Origin: the human T2T-CHM13v2.0 reference genome, Homo sapiens
Reading direction: 5' to 3' (one strand)
Length of the DNA: 64,000 nucleotides
Assembly: GCF_009914755.1 (NCBI RefSeq)
Contig: NC_060927.1
In this document: positions 59,107 through 64,000 of the stretch, one piece after another
Position numbering within the stretch: position 1 is the stretch's first letter
How the letters are laid out: every line of letters begins with the position of its first letter
Notes under the pieces: model-generated
The model's database searches: none
What the model saw: the letters and a program-made list of their open reading frames with translations, nothing else
Told to the model about the DNA's origin: nothing
Program-made: the position numbers and the translations under genes

Positions 59107-62100
59107 GTCTTTGTCTAATTTTGGAATTCAGTTAAGGCTGACTTCATAAAGTTAGTTAAGAAGTGTTCTCTCCAACTCTATTAAAGAGGTTGTTTAAATT
59201 TGGTATTATTGCTCCTTTAAGTGCTTGATTTAATTCATCATTAAAGCCATCATTGCCTGGAGTTTTCTTTGGGGAAAGGCTTGCACTTACAAGCTGAATT
59301 TACTTCACTTACTTACTGTGTTCAAGTTTTCTATTTAGTTGCAGGCTGGATTTCTTAATTTGTACCCTTCCAGAGATTTATTCATTTCATATAGACTTTC
59401 AAAGTTTTGGTATAAAGTTGCTCATAATATTCCTTTATCATTTTAAAGTCTTAAGAACTTGTAGTGAGGCCCCCTCTTTCTTAATACTTGTGATTTGCAT
59501 CTTCCCTTTTTTATTCAATCAATTTGGCTAGAGCTTTATCATTTTTTTTTAAGAACTAGATTTTGGTTTTATTGATTTTCCCCTATTGTTTTCTGTTTTC
59601 TATTTCATGGTTTTCTGCTTTCTTCTTTATTTACTTTCATCTGTTTGCTTTGAGTTTCATTTACTATTTTTTTTAATTTTTAAAGTTTTTTACATTTTTT
59701 GAATTGAGGTAAAATATACATGTAAATAATTTGCAGTCTTTATCATTTTAAGTATGTAGTTCAGTGATAATAAATACATTTATATTCTTTTTTCCCTTCA
59801 TCCCCAGCCTCTGGTAACCACCATTCTACTCTATCTTCATGAGATCCACTTTTTTAGCTCCCACAAAGGAGTGAGAACATGTAGTAATTGTCTCTCTGTG
59901 CTTGGCTTATTTCACTTAACATAATGGCCTCCTGTTCCATCCATGTAGCAGCAAATAAAAGGATTCCATTTTATGGTTGAGTAATTTTTCTTTGTGCATA
60001 TATATATCACATTTTTGTCCATTTATCCACTGATGGGCACTTAGATTGATTCTATATTTTAGCTATTGCGAACAGTGTTGCAAAAAACATGGCAGTACTG
60101 ACAATCCATTGATGTATTGATTTCGTTTCATTTGGATATATACTGCGTAGTGGAATTGCTGAATCATTTGGTAGTTCTATTTTTAGTTTTTGTGTGAAAC
60201 CTTCATACATTTTTGTTAGTGGGAGTAATAATTTACATTAACACTGACAGTGTACACAATGGTTCCCCTTTTCTCCACATCCTTACCAGCGTCTATCTGT
60301 TATAGCCTGTCTTTTTATAAAAATCATTTTAACTGGGGTGAGGTGATGTCTCATTGTGGTTTTAATTTGCATCTCTCTGATATTAGTGGTGTGGAGCCTT
60401 TTTTCCTATACCTGTTGACCATTAAATCATGGATTTGAGATTGTTGTCCTTTTTAACTATGGCATTCTAAAACATTAATCTCTGTTAGAGAACTGCTGTA
60501 TCTGACAAACTTTGATATACTGCACTTTATTCATTTTACAACATTCTAATTTCTTGTCGCTAGTTTTGTACTTTCTAAATCTAAATTTTTCTATGTTAAC
60601 CCCATAATTGCTTAGAAGTATAATGTTAGTTTCTTAATATTAGAAGTGTCTTAATATTAGAAGTGTTATAATTATATTTCTATTATTGTTCCTCATTAAA
60701 TTCCAATGTGCAAACATTCCATGTCTGGTTTCAAGTTTTTGAAATTTATTGTGACTAGTTGAAGGATGTTTTCTATCCTAGGTAACATATAATGTGCACT
60801 TAGGAGAATGTGAAATCCATTGTTGCAAGGTACACAAGTACATACATATATATATATTTATATACATATAAATATATATATCATTTTTAAATATATATAT
60901 AAATATATAAAATAAATTAATGTGGTTGATAACATTGTTTAGACCTTCTTTGTCTTTCCTAATTTCTTGAGTAGTTCTTTCAAGTTCTTTCAGCTATGAC
61001 TGTGGAGTTTTTTCTTTCTCCCTGTATATTCTATCAAAATTTGTTCCATGTATTTTGGAGACTTGTAATTCAAAATATACACATTTATACTTTTATGTCT
61101 TCTTATTGTATTGAAATTTTGTCATTACAAAATATATCTCATGTCCCCTAATACATTTTTTGAAGTCTATTTTATCTGATATTATTCAGTCCCTCAAGCC
61201 TTCATAAGATTACTCTTTGCATGATGTATTTTTTCCCAATCATTCAATTATATCTTACTTGTCTTTCTACTTAAAATGTATCTCATGGATCCAGCATAGT
61301 TGCCCTTTTATTTGTTACTTTTGTTTGTTTGTTTGTTTTTCATACAGTCTCTGTCTTTTAATTGAGTCTTTAGTCAACTAATATTTACTATCATTGTTAA
61401 AATTGTTGGGTATAGGCCTACCATTTTACCTTTTTGTTGCTTGTCTCATGTGCTTCACTGAAGACAGTTATAATAACCTCTTTAAAATTTGTTTCTTCTA
61501 ATTCAAACATCTGGTGCATCTTAGAGCCAGTTTCAACTGATTGTCTTTTCTCTTGAAATGTTGTTACATTTTCTTGAATATTTCTATGTCAGATAATTTT
61601 GAACTTTATGCTGAGCATTATCAATGTTAAGTTGTGAAGATTCAGGATTATATTACTTTACTCCATTGTTTGTTTTGTTTTAGGAGATAATTTTCTCGGC
61701 TGAGATTGAACTAATACTTTATTTAGTGTACAACAGCCCTGGGCTTTGTTTTGATATTTTTTTCCTTTAGCTTGTCTTTTTGAGTTTGTCTGGCACTTGC
61801 ATATTTTGGGGACAGTTGGAGATGTGGATAGACAGATTTAGGGATTCTACTCTCTAGCCCTCTTTCTTCTGATATTCTCATTTTTTTTTTTTTTTTTGGC
61901 ATTCATGGTTCCTGATTTCACTTTTCTGATCCCTCAGCAAGGAATTTTGTAAGAATTTTCAGAGAATGCCTCCACTCACCATCACCCCACTGTTCTGTTG
62001 CAAGCACTTTAGTTATCCCCAGTTTAAAAGTTATATGGATGGGAACTTATTTGTATAGCCTCTGTCTCAATTTATCTGTGTAAATGGGCATTCCACACTA

Positions 62101-62160
62101 GAGAATACCTTTGTTCACATGCCCATGTATGCAGGAGAACAGCTTTTCAGATTTTTTCTC
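59107..62160 (-). mobile_element. Continuation of the old L1M, with a nested L1MA 3' fragment (~59685-60422)
   Basis: L1 ORF2-like sequence resumes after the TSD; nested piece has CCCCAGCCTCTGGTAACCACCATTCTACTC and GAGTGAGAACATG 3'UTR motifs; distal boundary approximate. Confidence 0.72.
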
Positions 62161-62289
62161 ATTTTATGCTTTTTTGCATGTCACAAACTCCACAAAACAG
62201 TATCATCATTTGGTAATAGCAATATGCTTTATAAATAAATTAAAATTAAAAAGCAAAAATAAATATATAGACTTTGCATTTACCCAGAT

Positions 62290-62862
62290 GAGGGCTAGCT
62301 AAGTAATATTCAGGGCCCAAGGAAACATGAGAATTCAGGACTTTGTTACTCAAAAGGCAGGACAAACTTTTCCTTTCTACCACAATTTTTCTCTTGTAAC
62401 CTGCCATGGTATTTTTTATTTGTTACTTTATGATGAGCTCCCTCTGGGTTAGGAATCTTATGAGGTGAATGCAGGTCCTCATAGATGCCCAGCACCCTGC
62501 CCATTTCAGTGTGCAAGGCACAAACGCCTGACCCTGACCCTTCTTACATCAGCACTAAGACCTACCTGAGGGCAGAAGATAGCAGTGATTGCCAGATGCT
62601 GATTTAGAATCCGGCAGCAGAGAACCTATCTTGTGTTCTTGAGGAAGTGTTGGGAAGTGGGACCACATGGGAGCTGAAACTCAAAGTCCCCAGGATTTCA
62701 CATACAACAGAAAAATTTGAACATGAAATTATTAAGAAATTCCAGACAATGACCACAGAATATTAACTCCCAAGTACAGGGCTTCTTTCTGAGTGTGGAT
62801 AGGAGAAGGCCAGAGGTGTCCTGTGCAACAGTATTGGTGCCATTCCCGTGAATCTGGCGCTG
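62290..62862 (-). mobile_element. MER45-family hAT-Tip100 element
   Basis: Both ends match reverse MER45 (GGGCCCAAGGAAACATGAGAATT; TTATTAAGAAATTCCAGACAATGAC...CCCGTGAATCTGGCGCTG); perfect 8-bp TSD ACCCAGAT (62282-62289, 62863-62870). Confidence 0.85.
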
Positions 62863-63399
62863 ACCCAGATATTTACCATGTTTAATGTTCCTCATTTTTT
62901 GGAGGAATTAATTTTTCATCTTGTCTTATCTTTTTTCATTCTGAAGATCCTCCTTTGAAATTTCTTAATGTACAGGTCTGCCGACAGCAGATTTTCTTTG
63001 TTACTTACAAAGCTCTGTATTTCTTCTCTTCCAAGCCAATATAAACTTTCTACCAAAGTATGACTACTTCTTTTCCCTTTCCAGTACTTTCAGGTAGTTG
63101 CTTTTTGTACTACGTCTCGGATGTTAGTTGTATTCTTCAGAAGAGGATCATCTGGGATTGTCTTAGTTTCTCATACCTGGAAGCAGGACTTGATAATGCT
63201 TTATTATTTGATCCAATTTTCTAGATGACCTCAGAAGGAATGTTAATATGAATTAACTCATTTTTCATTTTCAGAATCTGAAGACTCTGAACAACCACCA
63301 CCACCACCAAATATTGTATTGATTGCTTTTCTTCCACAGAACAATGGTTATGTAGTTTTTAATTTCATTTTTTCTACTGTAGACATCTTTTTGGGAACT

Positions 63400-63878
63400 A
63401 CCCCTTCATGACTTTAAGGCTGAATGTATGTTCTAGAAACCATGAAGATGGGTCTTATGCCTGATCAATAAAATTTCTCTAATCCATTGGTTATGTCCAT
63501 TTACTAAGAGATTGGTAGATAACCCAGACTGAGGCAAGGAGGAAAAATATCTCTTTTTTTTTCCTACCAATATCAATAGCTAAAAAGAATATGTGTCTTG
63601 AACCACTGTAGCTACTACTGCTAACACCGGGTGAGGGTCTGCCTAAGAATGACGTCAGCAGAAAGGGAGACAAGCCTCATATAAGTATTTGAAAGGATTT
63701 TCATTTATTGAAAGATAAATTCTGGTTATTCTATGAACTCCTCACTACAGTGGCACCAAAGCCAACATCAAGGCTCAAATTTCCCCAATATGTCAACCAA
63801 CAAATTCACTTTATTTATTTGTTTGCGATAGAAATGTATAGGTTTTGTCACATGCAATACACTAAGCTCTGAATAATG
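63400..63878 (+). mobile_element. Old MaLR LTR (MLT1-like)
   Basis: GTCTGCCTAAGAATGA...ACAAATTCACTT...GGTTTTGTCACATGCAA..CTGAATAAT resembles an MLT1 3' end. Confidence 0.5.
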
Positions 63879-64000
63879 AATTCTTGCATCTTAAACTGAG
63901 AGATGAAATCAAGGCAATTAGGCTTACAAGGAACATTTTTTGTTATTTTTTGTATACATAATTTAATAAAATGATACTATATAAACTAATTTGTAATCTG

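Noticed and set aside
60632-60666. Small tandem duplications (17 bp here; also ~33459-33496, ~18649-18673, ~3867-3897)
   Set aside because: Routine slippage products with no sign of function
63255-63355. Two plus-strand acceptor-like sites (TTTTCATTTTCAG, TTTTCTTCCACAG)
   Set aside because: No convincing donor or reading frame downstream; such sites are common by chance

Overview
AT-rich primate (human-like) intergenic or deep-intronic DNA dominated by transposable-element relics. I recognise no intact protein-coding gene, rRNA, tRNA or CRISPR array; the longer ORFs in the track are broken L1 ORF1/ORF2, Alu read-through, a GC-rich LTR or microsatellite. Contents: 13 Alu insertions plus one Alu fragment, several L1s (including a ~6.3 kb TSD-bounded L1MA nested in an older L1M), a decayed ERV-L provirus (LTR16 - internal/integrase - LTR16) with nested insertions, MaLR/ERV solo LTRs, and hAT DNA transposons. 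Subfamily names come from recalled consensus sequences, not from a search. Most notable: (1) an unexplained gap-free 133-bp direct repeat (46506-46638 / 47130-47262, 115/133 identical) outside any repeat I recognise, in which both copies keep a 27-codon minus-strand ORF and a consensus splice donor held in a stem; (2) a THE1 LTR with clustered A-to-G changes suggestive of ADAR editing fixed by retrotransposition; (3) several templated-insertion, fold-back and microhomology repair scars. None is proven to be a new biological system.
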